Shown in pieces: positions 13,209 through 27,735 of a stretch of DNA of 64,000 bases. The translations under genes were made by a program, and so were the position numbers. Source of the stretch: an uncultured Actinomycetota bacterium (GTDB lineage Bacteria; Actinomycetota; Actinomycetes; Propionibacteriales; Propionibacteriaceae); assembly GCA_963808495.1 (NCBI GenBank), contig CAWEGC010000008.1, forward strand, positions 291,577-355,576, read 5' to 3'. Position 1 is the stretch's first letter. Each line of letters starts with the position of its first letter. The notes under the pieces are model-generated. The model did not search any database. It saw only the letters and a program-made list of their open reading frames with translations, and was not told the origin of the DNA.

Positions 13209-14068
13209 TCAGGGGCGAGGCGCAATGACTACTCCCACCGTGCCAGGACCGACGTGACCACCGACCACGGCACTCAACTCCGAGATCATGATCTCGCCCG
13301 GGATACGCCAACGCGGCCGGACAAATCACCAGCCAGTCGCTCCGCAGCCTCCCGATTGTCGAGGTGGTGCACCGCGATGTCGACGCCAGTGCTCCGGGTC
13401 GCGGCCCGAGCCAGGGCCGCCAATCCCAGTTCCTCCAGGCGAGCGACCGCCTTCGACGCGGTCCGCACCCGCTCGTGCAGCCTGATCTCGCCGTCGACAA
13501 TGGTCAGCAGCGGTTTCACCGACAGCGCAGTGCCGATCAGCGCTGTACCAGCTTTGATTCGCCCGCCGCGACGAAGGTGGTCGAGGTTGCTGACGTAGAA
13601 GTACACCGTCGAGGCCTCTGCTCGCGCTCGAATGGTCGCCGTGACATCTGCGACGTGGCCGCCGCGGGAGGCGCACTCGGCACCGGACAGCGCAGCGAAA
13701 CCGGTAACCATGCCGAGCGAGCCGCTGTCCACCACGGCGACCGGGATCGGGGCGCCGTGCGCCGCGAGTTCTGCCGCTTCGCAGGTACCGCTGATCTTTG
13801 CGCTGAGATGGACTGAGACAACCGCTTCGTGGCCGGCGGCCGCCAGGGAGTCGTAGACGGCAGAAAAAGCTTGAGGACTGGGTCGGGACGTCGTCACCCG
13901 CCTGCCCTCGCGAAGTGCCGCAGCCACGAGGCGAGGATCCACCTCGCTCTCTGGCCGGCTGCGACCGTCGATCACGACCTGGAGCGATATCACGGTGATC
14001 CCGCTGCGGTCGACGGCCTTGCTGGTCAGGGAGGACGTAGAGTCGGTCACCACTGCGACGCCTGCCAT
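13209..14068 (-). CDS. degV: DegV family fatty-acid-binding protein (frameshift near 13305)
   Basis: VVTDSTS, TTSRPSP, HLSAKISGT, LRRGGRI; the true C-terminus ISELSAVVGGHVGPGTVGVVIAPRP* lies in another frame ending at 13209. Confidence 0.88.
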
Positions 14069-14113
14069 TGCCACAGGGTAAGGACTGGGTAGATCGAGAC
14101 GGACGAAGGGCGG

Positions 14114-15073
14114 ATGACGGTGCCGAGCAGACGTGTGTGGCGTGCGGGGCTACCCACTCTGCTGATCGTGGGGATCTTGGCCGGAGTGGTCGGCATCGCT
14201 CTTCCCGTCCTTGCGTACGTCATCTACCGTCGCGAGCAGTCGCCGTGGCTTCCTGTCGCTCTGCTCGTACTCGCGGTGCTCACCCTGCTCTACGCCTGGC
14301 GCTACGGGCTTCACCCGAAGATCTCGACGCGCGGCCACGTGCTGCGAATCGACAACCCTTTCCACCGCTACGAGTTCGACTGGGACGACGTCACCTTGAT
14401 CGCTCCGGGCGAGAACGGGCTGGTGGTGGCCTCGGAGGACCAAGTAGCCGAGGCGTGGTGCGTCCAAAAGTCGAACGCCGCCACCAGAAAGGGACGGTTC
14501 ACCCGGGCCGACCGCATTGCGTCTTCGCTGCTCGACACTCTGGAGCTCTACCATCCCCCGATCAGCGACGAGGAAACCGGTCTCCGAATCCGGCGGGCCC
14601 GGCCGCACGAAAGCGCGGTGCTGACGCGCATCGAACGGGCCACCAGCAAGCTGGGCCTGGCACATATCTTTCCCGCCGAGCAGTTTCCGTATCCGACCGA
14701 CGCGGTGGCGCAGCGTTGGCGGCAGGTGCTGCACGATCGATCATGCCGGGTGCACATCTTGGAGTGGCACGAGCAGCCCGTCGGCTATGTTGCTTTCACC
14801 GACGACACGATCATGCATCTTGGGGTAGACCCAAAGCATCAACGACGGGGCTACGGGTCGGCGCTGCTGGAGTTCGCCTCGCTGGAGATCTTCGACGCCG
14901 GCATTTCCGAGGCACAGGCGTGGGTACTGGTCGACAATCATGCTGCGCGAGCGTTCTACCGATCGCACGGCTGGCGGGACACCGCTGACCGCCGGGACTG
15001 CACATACCCACCCCGACCGCAGGAACTGAAAATGACGCGCCAGAACCCCTCGGCGCCACGGCGCAGTCGATGA
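14114..15073 (+). CDS. Membrane-anchored PH-like domain fused to a GNAT acetyltransferase
   Basis: Two N-terminal TM helices, a short beta-rich segment (LRIDNPFHRYEFDWDDV), then GNAT motifs QRRGYGSALL and NHAARAFYRSHGW. Confidence 0.7.
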   Translation: MTVPSRRVWRAGLPTLLIVGILAGVVGIALPVLAYVIYRREQSPWLPVALLVLAVLTLLYAWRYGLHPKISTRGHVLRIDNPFHRYEFDWDDVTLIAPGENGLVVASEDQVAEAWCVQKSNAATRKGRFTRADRIASSLLDTLELYHPPISDEETGLRIRRARPHESAVLTRIERATSKLGLAHIFPAEQFPYPTDAVAQRWRQVLHDRSCRVHILEWHEQPVGYVAFTDDTIMHLGVDPKHQRRGYGSALLEFASLEIFDAGISEAQAWVLVDNHAARAFYRSHGWRDTADRRDCTYPPRPQELKMTRQNPSAPRRSR

Positions 15074-16071
15074 GCGGCCCCAGGAGCTGGGACAGTCCCC
15101 TGCCACCGCGACCAGGTACCGCTGTCTTCGTGGTCGCCGGAGTGTTCTTCGCCGTGCCGGGCTTGGCGATGACCTTCCTTCGCATCGTTCCGCCGCGTGA
15201 CGACGCAACTGCGCTGTTGGCCGCATTCATTCCGTACGGGGTCATCGGTTACGCCCTGGCTCTCCTCTGCTTGGGCGTTGCCCTGCTGTTGGCTCGGCGG
15301 CGAACTGCCCTGATGCTCGTCTCGGTGATCGTCGCGGTGTTGCTCGCCCTCCATCTGAGCTGGATCGCACCGTTCTTCGTACCTGACAGACGCCCGGCGA
15401 CCACGAAACCGTTTACGGTCTTCAGTCTCAACATGCACCACGGGCAGGCGGATCCGACGCAGGTCGCGCAGCAGGCATCGACCGCCGACGTGGTGATCTT
15501 GGTCGAGGCGACTGCGTCCGCGTTGCGGGCCCTGAAGGCGTTCGATTGGGACGCCCGTTTCCCGTACTCGGTCGGCGATGTGCCCGGCAGCATCAGCGAC
15601 ACGGTGATCTACTCGCGCTTTCCTCTGACCGACACTGCCTCACTGCCAGGGACCTCGTTTCAGCAGCACATCACCACGGCAAGCGCGCCCGGGATCCCAG
15701 ACCTACGCATCATCGCCGCTCACCCGTGCAATCCCTATTGCGGCCGTGGCCTCTGGGCAAGCGAGCATGCCATGCTGCAATCGTCCGTTGAGCAGAACCT
15801 GGACCAGCCGCTGATGGTGGTCGGCGACCTGAATGCGGTCAATGATCATGGGCCGATGCGCGCCCTCCGTCGAGCCGGAATGACAAGCGCGACCGACGTG
15901 GTGGGCGCCGGGTGGCTGCCCACCTATCCGGCAAATCGGCGGGTTCCGCCACTGCTGCCTATCGACCACGTGCTGATCAACGACCAGCTGACGGCGACGT
16001 CGATCTCGACGGTTCACATCGACGGGACGGACCACCTCGGATTGGTGGCCGCCGTCGCGGGGGCGGGCTAG
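15070..16071 (+). CDS. Membrane-anchored endonuclease/exonuclease/phosphatase family protein
   Basis: Three TM helices, then VFSLN, ILVE, VGDLN, PIDHVL, TDHLGL. Confidence 0.85.
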   Translation: MSGPRSWDSPLPPRPGTAVFVVAGVFFAVPGLAMTFLRIVPPRDDATALLAAFIPYGVIGYALALLCLGVALLLARRRTALMLVSVIVAVLLALHLSWIAPFFVPDRRPATTKPFTVFSLNMHHGQADPTQVAQQASTADVVILVEATASALRALKAFDWDARFPYSVGDVPGSISDTVIYSRFPLTDTASLPGTSFQQHITTASAPGIPDLRIIAAHPCNPYCGRGLWASEHAMLQSSVEQNLDQPLMVVGDLNAVNDHGPMRALRRAGMTSATDVVGAGWLPTYPANRRVPPLLPIDHVLINDQLTATSISTVHIDGTDHLGLVAAVAGAG

Positions 16072-16079
16072 CCGCAGCG

Positions 16080-18620
16080 CTACCGGGGGACGATGCTGAC
16101 CAGCTTGGGAGCGCGGACGATGACCTTCGCCACGTCCCGGCCGGCCAAGGCTCGCACCACGCCGTCCTCGGCCAGGGCCAGCGAGCGCAGCTCCGCCTCC
16201 CCGATCGTGGGCGGGACCTGCAAGCGGGCCCGAACCTTGCCCTGCACCTGAACGACGCAGGTCACGGCATCGGTCACCAGCAGCGCGGGATCGACGGCGG
16301 GCCAGGCGGCGTTGGCCACCGACGGCTGATGCCCCAGTAGTTCCCACATCTCTTCCGCGACGTACGGAGCGACCAGACTGAGCGCGATCGTCACCACTTC
16401 GGCGGCTTCCCGGACCGCCGGATCGGCCGCGCCCGCGCCGGCCTTGCCGTCGCCAGAGGAGCTGTGACCGTCGACGACTCTACGGCTGGCGTTGACCAGC
16501 TCCATGATCCGAGCAACGGCGACGTTGAAGCGTTGGCTCTCGATGCTCTGCTCGATGTCCGACAGGAGCCGATGCGTCTCCCGTCGCAGAGCCACATCTC
16601 CGCGACCTGGGTCGACGCCCGGTTCGCTGCGAACGTCGACGGCCAGCCGATGGGCCCGCTGCAGGAACTTCAGCGAACCAGAGGGCGACAGGTCGGCCCA
16701 GTCGATGTCCTCCTCCGGCGGTCCAGCGAAGACCACCGTCAGGCGGATCGCGTCCACGCCGAACTGATCGATCTGGGCACCCAGATCGACTCCGTTGCCC
16801 AACGACTTGCTCATCGCCTTGCCCTGGTTGATCACCTGTCCCTGGTTCATCAGTCGGCGCATGGGTTCTTGGAAGTCGACCATGCCCATGTCGTACAAGA
16901 CCTTGGTGAAGAACCGCATGTACAGCAGGTGCAAGATCGCGTGCTCAACCCCGCCCACGTATTGGAAGACCGGCATCCACCGCCGCACGTCCGCGGGATC
17001 GAACGGGACATCCTCCCGGCCGGGTGAGCAGTAGCGGAAGAAGTACCACGACGAGTCGACGAACGTGTCCATCGTGTCGGTGTCCCGCTTGGCCGGTCCG
17101 TCGCACTGCGGGCAGGCGACGCTCACCCAGTCGGCCGCCGAGGCCAGCGGTGAAGTTCCCTTGGGGGCGAGATCCGTGCCCGTCAGATACGGCAGTTCAA
17201 CCGGCAGTTGATCATCGGGCACAGGCACCTCCCCGCACTTTTCGCAGTGGATGATCGGAATGGGAGCGCCCCAATAGCGCTGGCGGCTCAATAGCCAGTC
17301 GCGCAGACGGAAGATCGTGGCCCCGTGGCCGACTGCCCTGGCCTCCAACTCCTCGATGATCACCGACACGGCCCCGGTCTTGTCCGTCAGACCGTCCAGC
17401 AGAGGCGAGTTGACGTACGTACCGTCACCTGGGGTGGCGACGCCGGATTCCGCCGGATCGGCTTCGCCCGTGTCGATGACCATCCGCACCGGCAGGTCAT
17501 GCGCCCTCGCGAAGTCCAGGTCACGTTGATCATGAGCCGGTACGGCCATGATCGCTCCGGTGCCGTACTCGGCTAGCACGTAATCGGCCGCGTAGATCGG
17601 GATCTTCTCGCCGTTGATCGGGTTGATCGCATGCACTCCCAGGAACACACCGGTCTTCGGGCGCTCCGTCGACTGGCGCTCGATCTCGGTTTCCTGCTTG
17701 GTCTTCTCCAGGTAGTCCTCGAACTCCGCGCGGCGATCATCAGTGACGATCTCCGCCGCCAGCGGAGCCTCAGGGGCGACCACGAAGAACGTCGCCCCGT
17801 ACAAAGTGTCGGGCCGGGTGGTGAACACGCTGACCGGCTGATCCCGGTTCTCGATCGCGAATTCGACGTAGGCGCCGTCGGAGCGGCCGATCCAGTTGCG
17901 TTGCATCGTCAGGACGCGCTCCGGCCAGGCGCCGGACAGCTCGTCCATGTCGTCCAGCAGCCGCTGGGCGTAGTCGGTGATCTTGAAATGCCACTGAGTC
18001 AGCTGCCGTTTGGTGACCACCGCCCCACAGCGCTCGCACAATCCGGCAACCACCTGCTCGTTGGCCAACACGGTCTGGTCCTGGGGGCACCAGTTGACAT
18101 AACTTGCCTTCCGGTAGGCCAGACCCCGTTCGCGGAAGCGCAGGAACAGCCACTGAGTCCAGCGGTAGTACTCCGGATCGGAGGTGTGCAGCCGCCGCGT
18201 CCAGTCGAAGCTCAGGCCATAGCGCCGGAACGACGTCGCCTGGGTCTCGATGTTGGCGTAGGTCCACTCCGCCGGATGGGCATTGCGTTGAATGGCAGCG
18301 TTCTCTGCGTTCAGTCCGAAGGAGTCCCAGCCGATGGGGTGCAGGACGTCGTAACCCTTCAGTCGCAGATAGCGGGCAACGACGTCGCCCATCACGAAGG
18401 CTTCAGCGTGACCCATGTGGAGGTCGCCGGAGGGGTAGGGAAACATGTCCAGGACGTAGCGTCGTTCCGCCGACCCGTCGTCCTTGGGCAGGAACGTCCG
18501 GTCCGCCTCCCAGAACGCCTGCCAGCGCTCCTGAGCAGCCGTCGCGTCGTAGCCGCGGGCCGGCCGAGTGCCCTCGGTTGTGGGCTCGGCAACCTCCGTC
18601 CGCTCTACCTGGTCGGTCAT
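16080..18620 (-). CDS. leuS: Leucine--tRNA ligase
   Basis: [13 protein letters not shown] (HIGH), AMSKS (KMSKS), editing-domain FTTRPDT and [15 protein letters not shown]; ATG at 18620. Confidence 0.97.
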   Translation of the reverse strand: MTDQVERTEVAEPTTEGTRPARGYDATAAQERWQAFWEADRTFLPKDDGSAERRYVLDMFPYPSGDLHMGHAEAFVMGDVVARYLRLKGYDVLHPIGWDSFGLNAENAAIQRNAHPAEWTYANIETQATSFRRYGLSFDWTRRLHTSDPEYYRWTQWLFLRFRERGLAYRKASYVNWCPQDQTVLANEQVVAGLCERCGAVVTKRQLTQWHFKITDYAQRLLDDMDELSGAWPERVLTMQRNWIGRSDGAYVEFAIENRDQPVSVFTTRPDTLYGATFFVVAPEAPLAAEIVTDDRRAEFEDYLEKTKQETEIERQSTERPKTGVFLGVHAINPINGEKIPIYAADYVLAEYGTGAIMAVPAHDQRDLDFARAHDLPVRMVIDTGEADPAESGVATPGDGTYVNSPLLDGLTDKTGAVSVIIEELEARAVGHGATIFRLRDWLLSRQRYWGAPIPIIHCEKCGEVPVPDDQLPVELPYLTGTDLAPKGTSPLASAADWVSVACPQCDGPAKRDTDTMDTFVDSSWYFFRYCSPGREDVPFDPADVRRWMPVFQYVGGVEHAILHLLYMRFFTKVLYDMGMVDFQEPMRRLMNQGQVINQGKAMSKSLGNGVDLGAQIDQFGVDAIRLTVVFAGPPEEDIDWADLSPSGSLKFLQRAHRLAVDVRSEPGVDPGRGDVALRRETHRLLSDIEQSIESQRFNVAVARIMELVNASRRVVDGHSSSGDGKAGAGAADPAVREAAEVVTIALSLVAPYVAEEMWELLGHQPSVANAAWPAVDPALLVTDAVTCVVQVQGKVRARLQVPPTIGEAELRSLALAEDGVVRALAGRDVAKVIVRAPKLVSIVPR

Positions 18621-18672
18621 TCCTCTGTGATCCCTTCGGTATCCGTTCCAACGCCCATTTCCCGCGGGCATG

Positions 18673-18703
18673 AAAAAACCCCTCGCCGTCGAGGCACGAG
18701 GGG
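18673..18703 (-). terminator. Intrinsic terminator (attenuator) in the leuS leader
   Basis: On the minus strand, a CCCCTCG...CGAGGGG stem is followed by TTTTTT, about 50 nt upstream of the leuS start. Confidence 0.85.
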
Positions 18704-18729
18704 CTGCCGCGCAGGTGCTACCTGCGCGG

Positions 18730-18756
18730 CTAGGTAAGGAGCGCAACTCGATACAT
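18730..18756 (-). CDS. leuS leader peptide MYRVALLT
   Basis: ATG TAT CGA GTT GCG CTC CTT ACC TAG with tandem Leu codons; -10-like TAGTCT 6 nt upstream; a 10-bp perfect hairpin (18706-18730) and the terminator follow. Confidence 0.75.
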   Translation of the reverse strand: MYRVALLT

Positions 18757-18842
18757 GAGTTCAGACTAGCGCAACCGTGCCATCGCATTTCCCACGTGCA
18801 GGGTGGCTGCCGCCGCAAGCCGCCATCAGTAGCGTTGCGCGC

Positions 18843-19984
18843 ATGCGCCGCCTCACCGCTGACGAGCTTCGCCGTCGCACGCTGCAGCGGCAATTCCCGT
18901 CGATCGACAGCACAAGGCCGGATGCGGTATTGGAGCTGTTCAACCGGCTGGGCCCGATCCAGTCCCAGGTGCCTCGAGCCCCATTTCTCACCGCCGCCTC
19001 TCGGCTGCCGGGAGTCTCGTACAAGACCATCAACGGCCTGTTCGAAGAGCACCGGTTGCTCAAAACCAGCAATCTCCGCGGAACGGTCCACACCAGCACG
19101 CGGGATCAGTTCGGCTGGCTCGACGCCGTGGCCAGGCGCAGCCGAGCGGCGCAGCTGCGCAACTATCTGAAACTCGACCGTCTCGATCCTGAGGATGTCG
19201 TCACCGAAGTGGAGGCGTTCACCGACGCGGAGTGGCGCACACGCGCGGATATCGTCGCTCACCTGCGTGAATGGCTGGTCGAACGCGAGTCGACCCACCA
19301 GTGCGGGGGCGGTGCGGGACGCCTTGCCGGAGAGCCTGCTGTGGGGTCATAGCGGGCTGTTACGCCGCCCGCGCGACCACCGCTGGGAGAAACGAACCGA
19401 CATCTACCACCGGCGGGCCCGCAGCGTGCTACCCGAGATCCAGACCTACGAGTTTTCGACAGCGCTGACCGAACTCGTCCGCATCCACCTCGGCTCCTAC
19501 GGACCAGCCACTCGGGAAGACCTGTCCTTCTTCTTCGGTACGACGCTGCGGGCCGTGGACACAGCCGTACGCGATCTCGGTGACGACGTCGTCCAGCTCG
19601 AAGGACCCGAGGAGAAGCAATACCTCGATGTTGCCGACGCGCCGACGGACGGCCTGGAGGATCCCGGGCTGCGGTTGTTACCGGAATACGACGGCCTCTT
19701 CGTCGGCTACGCCGGCACGAATCGCACCCGATTCCTGACCGCCCAGCAGCTGCCGTCGGTCTGGGCCAAGGTCAACGGCCTGTTCTCACCGATCGTGCTT
19801 CATGGCGGGCAGATCGTCGCCACCTGGAAGACACTCGCTGTCGGCAAGCGAACCGCAATCGAGGTGCGGATGCTCGACCCGCATCACACCCCCACCTGAG
19901 CATCAGTTTGCGGACGCCGTCGCCGCCACTGAAGAAGTTCTCGCCTTGAGAATCAGCGACCTGCGTGTGCTGGCCGCACACTAG
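18843..19984 (+). CDS. AlkZ/HTH_42 family DNA glycosylase-like winged-helix protein (frameshifts near 19300 and 19895)
   Basis: LGPIQSQ (QxQ motif), [36 protein letters not shown]. Confidence 0.8.
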
Positions 19985-20163
19985 TCCCGGATTACGAACC
20001 TGCCGATGACCTCGGCGCCGCTCGCACTGGCCACGAGCCAATTCGATCTCCAACCGCACATGTCTGCCGGCGGGGTACTGGCACGACCCATGGGCAGCCG
20101 GCTGCCGCCACGAATAACCGGAGATCGACATGGCTAGGCTGAGCCGGCGGGAGGAGGCCGGAC

Positions 20164-21147
20164 ATGGCGTGGTTGGTCACCGGCGGCGCGGGCTACATCG
20201 GCTCGCATGTCGTACGAGCGTTCGTGGAAGAAGGCATCGAGGCCGTGGTCCTCGATGACCTATCCAGCGGCCACCGAAACTTCGTAGCGGAGAGCGTGGC
20301 CTTCCACCAGGGCAGCATCCTCGACCGGGACATGCTCGACTCTGTCTTCGGCACGCACTCGATCACTGGTGTCGTTCACCTGGCGGGGTTCAAGTACGCC
20401 GGGGTCTCGGTGAGCCAGCCCCTGCACACCTACAGTCAAAACGTCACGGGCATGATCATTCTGCTCGAGACGATGGCCGCTCACGCCGTGGACAAGGTGG
20501 TCTTCTCGTCCAGCGCTGCCGTGTTCGGCACGCCGGACACCAGCGTGGTCACCGAGGAAAGCCCGACCCGTCCTGAGTCACCGTACGGGGAGTCGAAGCT
20601 GATCGGTGAATGGTTGCTCCGGGATCAAGCGCGGGCAACCGCGTCGACAGCCAAACCCTTGCGGCACACGTCGTTGCGCTACTTCAACGTGGTGGGCTCA
20701 GGATTTCCAGACTTGTATGACACCAGCCCCCACAATCTTTTCCCACTTGTGCTCGAGGCCTTGATCGCCGGCAAGACGCCGCACATCAACGGCGACTCGT
20801 TTCCGACACCCGACGGGACCTGCGTCCGCGACTATGTGCATGTCTCGGACCTGGCCGCTTCCCACGTCAGCGCCGCCCAAGCGCTTGAACAAGGACGAGC
20901 GCTGGAACCGGTTTACAACCTCGGGAGCGGAACGGGCATCTCCGTTCGGGCGATCATGGACGCGGTGGCCAGGGTCACCGGCATCGCGTTCACACCTGAG
21001 ATCCGACCACCTCGTCCGGGTGATCCGGCTCGGATCGTCGCCAGCGGCGATCTGGCCGCTCGGGATTTGAACTGGCAGATGCGGCACAGCCTCGACGACA
21101 TGGTGGCGTCGGCCTGGCAGGCTCGCCGGGCGGTGGCAGCAGCATGA
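20164..21147 (+). CDS. galE: UDP-glucose 4-epimerase
   Basis: LVTGGAGYIGSH, SSSAAVFG, YGESK, LRYFN, DGTCVRDYVHV; RBS GGAGG. Confidence 0.92.
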   Translation: MAWLVTGGAGYIGSHVVRAFVEEGIEAVVLDDLSSGHRNFVAESVAFHQGSILDRDMLDSVFGTHSITGVVHLAGFKYAGVSVSQPLHTYSQNVTGMIILLETMAAHAVDKVVFSSSAAVFGTPDTSVVTEESPTRPESPYGESKLIGEWLLRDQARATASTAKPLRHTSLRYFNVVGSGFPDLYDTSPHNLFPLVLEALIAGKTPHINGDSFPTPDGTCVRDYVHVSDLAASHVSAAQALEQGRALEPVYNLGSGTGISVRAIMDAVARVTGIAFTPEIRPPRPGDPARIVASGDLAARDLNWQMRHSLDDMVASAWQARRAVAAA

Positions 21148-21233
21148 TGCGCTCGGTTTCCCGCTAGGGATTGCCTGCGGACACGCTGCCAACGCAGCGA
21201 CGACGCGATCATGCACCGCGGACCATTTTCAGC

Positions 21234-21280
21234 GAAACCTGGCCGTCACATTCGACGGTCAACTGTCACTCGGGTGTAAC
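21234..21280 (+). promoter_or_regulatory. Putative GlnR boxes upstream of amt
   Basis: GAAAC-n6-GTCAC (21234-21249) and GTCAC-n6-GTAAC (21265-21280) resemble the actinobacterial GlnR consensus gTnAc-n6-GaAAc. Confidence 0.6.
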
Positions 21281-21396
21281 GCCACGCCGCTTTGGCGCAA
21301 CACAGGACGAGCAGAGTTCTTCATAGCCTCGCGTGCCTCGGATCCAGGTGCGCCCGGCCATCGCCAACGTCCAGTCTTTTCACCGAAAGAAGCGAC

Positions 21397-25578
<4,182 letters not shown>

Positions 25579-25581
25579 GCG

Positions 25582-26532
25582 TCAGCCCACGCGGGCGCTG
25601 GCGACGAGCTCGTCAACTTCGGCAGCCGTTGGCGGGTTTGCCCCTCGCCGCGAGCAGACAATCGACGCCGCGGCCACGCCCCGGCTCAGCGACTCCGCCA
25701 ATGGCAACGCACGATTGATCCGGGAGTCCAGAAAGCTGGCCATGAAGGTGTCGCCCGCGCCCACGGTATCGACCACGTCGGTAGGAACGCCCGGAACCCG
25801 CGTCTGCTCGCCGTCGGCCTCGATCCCGACGGCACCGTGCGCGCCAAGCGTGATGACCGCCAAGCTCAGGCCGTACGTCCGCACCCACTCGGCGGCCACT
25901 GCGAGTGGATCATTGTCGGACCGACCATGCGGCAGGAAGTTGATGTCCTCATCACTGGCCCGGACGATGCCTCCGTGCCCTCCGATGACCTGGAGCCAAG
26001 GCTCGACCTTGCGCCAGTAGAGCACTGGATCGCTGATCACATTGGGTCGGACGTTGATGTCATACGAGACGCCTGCCCGAACGGTCTGCATCCACTCCAA
26101 CAAGACCTCGGCACCTGGGCTCACGACGCAGGACAGCGAGGCGATATGGAGCCAGTCGTCGGCGGTGAGAGAGGGCAGCTCGTCAGGCTGCCAGCCGAAG
26201 TTGGCCGTCTCGGCAAAATGAAAGGTGTAGCTCGCGACCCCCTGCTGATCGAGGCTGACGATCGCCAGCGAGGTGGCTTGTCCGGATTCGGCCGCCAGGT
26301 CGAGCTCGACCCCGGCACCATCGATATAGCTCCGCAGCTGCTGGCCGAACGTGTCCGTGCTTAGTCGGCCAAGGAAATGGGTGGGGACTCCGAGACGTCC
26401 CAGCGCGACCGCCGAATTCATTGGGCCACCGGCCGAGAGCGCCGACCACGTGCTGCCGGCCGCGTCCTGCGGACCGTCGGGCGCCCGGATGAGATCGATG
26501 AGTGTCTCGCCACAGACCACGAACCGCGTCAT
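25582..26532 (-). CDS. PfkB family carbohydrate kinase (fructokinase-like)
   Basis: GETLIDL, GGPMNSA, DINVRP, VDTVGAGDTF. Confidence 0.9.
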   Translation of the reverse strand: MTRFVVCGETLIDLIRAPDGPQDAAGSTWSALSAGGPMNSAVALGRLGVPTHFLGRLSTDTFGQQLRSYIDGAGVELDLAAESGQATSLAIVSLDQQGVASYTFHFAETANFGWQPDELPSLTADDWLHIASLSCVVSPGAEVLLEWMQTVRAGVSYDINVRPNVISDPVLYWRKVEPWLQVIGGHGGIVRASDEDINFLPHGRSDNDPLAVAAEWVRTYGLSLAVITLGAHGAVGIEADGEQTRVPGVPTDVVDTVGAGDTFMASFLDSRINRALPLAESLSRGVAAASIVCSRRGANPPTAAEVDELVASARVG

Positions 26533-27536
26533 GACGACAACCTAGTGGAGGACACGATCGTCACCTGACCATCGATCGCCGTTGCATTTTTCGCCGGGCC
26601 GAACTCATCCCACAGCTGCGGAGGAAGCGCCTGCTGGCTGATCCTGGCAAGCAGTTGTCCGAAGGAATAGTTCGGATCGACATCGCTCACGCGCTGGACA
26701 CAGCAATTCATCATCGCACCGTCACCGCAGATCCAGGCGCAGAATCCCAGCAGGCACAGCGGCGCCGCCTCCAGCGGAGGGACTGTCCGTGCCACCACAC
26801 GCGCCCACACCCGACGATGCTGCTCTGCGTCCTTCGAGTTGATCATCGCCCAGGCCACGTCCCGGACCTCGACCTCGCGGGCCAACAACCCCAGCCGCGC
26901 GCACGTGGGATCATCCAGTGGCGCCTGCTGTGCCAAGGACGCCATGACGATCGTTCGCATGAGGTCGCAACGCGCTGTCGAAGCAAGCCCGTCGATATAC
27001 GGTGACTCCTGCTCCACGAGCCGCAAGAGCTCCGGGTGTTCGTCCTCGGCCGGGCCGCTCACATCCGCTTCCAGTGCTCGCCGGTCGGGACGGGCAGCCA
27101 ACCCCGCGTAGACCGCTTGAGCAGCGACTGAAGAGGAACGGGGGTCGTACGGCTGGCCGTCCGATGGACAGCAGCCGCCGACGCACATCAACGACCACCA
27201 CCGCCGGCCATCGACGAGCAAGACGTCCTGCAACCCGGACGGAGTGAGCTCTCCCGCCATCTCCATCAGCAGCTCGCGAACCTGAGGATTGACGCTGTAG
27301 CCGATCAGGACCACGTGCTGGGCGCAGTGCTGGACGACCAGCCGCGCAATCTGTGCTGCAAGGTCGGCTGCGGCTGCCGGCGGCGGCAGGTCAGCCCGGA
27401 TCGTGAGCACGACCCTGCCCGATCGCAGCATCACGGCAACGACAGATTCATCCGGATGAAATCCCACCAGGTAAGGCACCACCCCGAGAATGTCGCCAGG
27501 GCGAGACAGAGTAATTCGTGCCTTCCTTCGTCTCAT
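26529..27536 (-). CDS. DUF4192 family protein
   Basis: PGDILGVVPYLVGFHPDES, RWWSLMC...CC, VRDVAW, AWICGDGA are typical of actinobacterial DUF4192. Confidence 0.8.
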   Translation of the reverse strand: MRRRKARITLSRPGDILGVVPYLVGFHPDESVVAVMLRSGRVVLTIRADLPPPAAAADLAAQIARLVVQHCAQHVVLIGYSVNPQVRELLMEMAGELTPSGLQDVLLVDGRRWWSLMCVGGCCPSDGQPYDPRSSSVAAQAVYAGLAARPDRRALEADVSGPAEDEHPELLRLVEQESPYIDGLASTARCDLMRTIVMASLAQQAPLDDPTCARLGLLAREVEVRDVAWAMINSKDAEQHRRVWARVVARTVPPLEAAPLCLLGFCAWICGDGAMMNCCVQRVSDVDPNYSFGQLLARISQQALPPQLWDEFGPAKNATAIDGQVTIVSSTRLSS

Positions 27537-27585
27537 GCCCTCTACATTGCGGATCGCCACCCTGGTCGTGCACCCGCGGTCGGAT

Positions 27586-27625
27586 CTGTGGACGGCGGCA
27601 GACCGGACTCATCGTCTGTGGAGAG
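27586..27625 (-). promoter_or_regulatory. Pair of CTGTGGA boxes upstream of the DUF4192 gene
   Basis: CTGTGGACGG at 27586 and CTGTGGAGAG at 27616, 50 and 80 nt upstream of the ATG at 27536. Confidence 0.35.
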
Positions 27626-27735
27626 CGGCGACCGTTTCTGGACGGATTGCGGCTCTGTACCGGCTGCCTGGAGCGGCTCTGGCCATCGCTCAGCAAGGTC
27701 GGCTGCGATACCGTGGTCGTACATGTACGGTCCTG

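Noticed and set aside
18621-19298. 226-aa N-terminal extension of LeuS
   Set aside because: It runs across the attenuator and antisense to the AlkZ-like gene; LeuS similarity starts at 18620.
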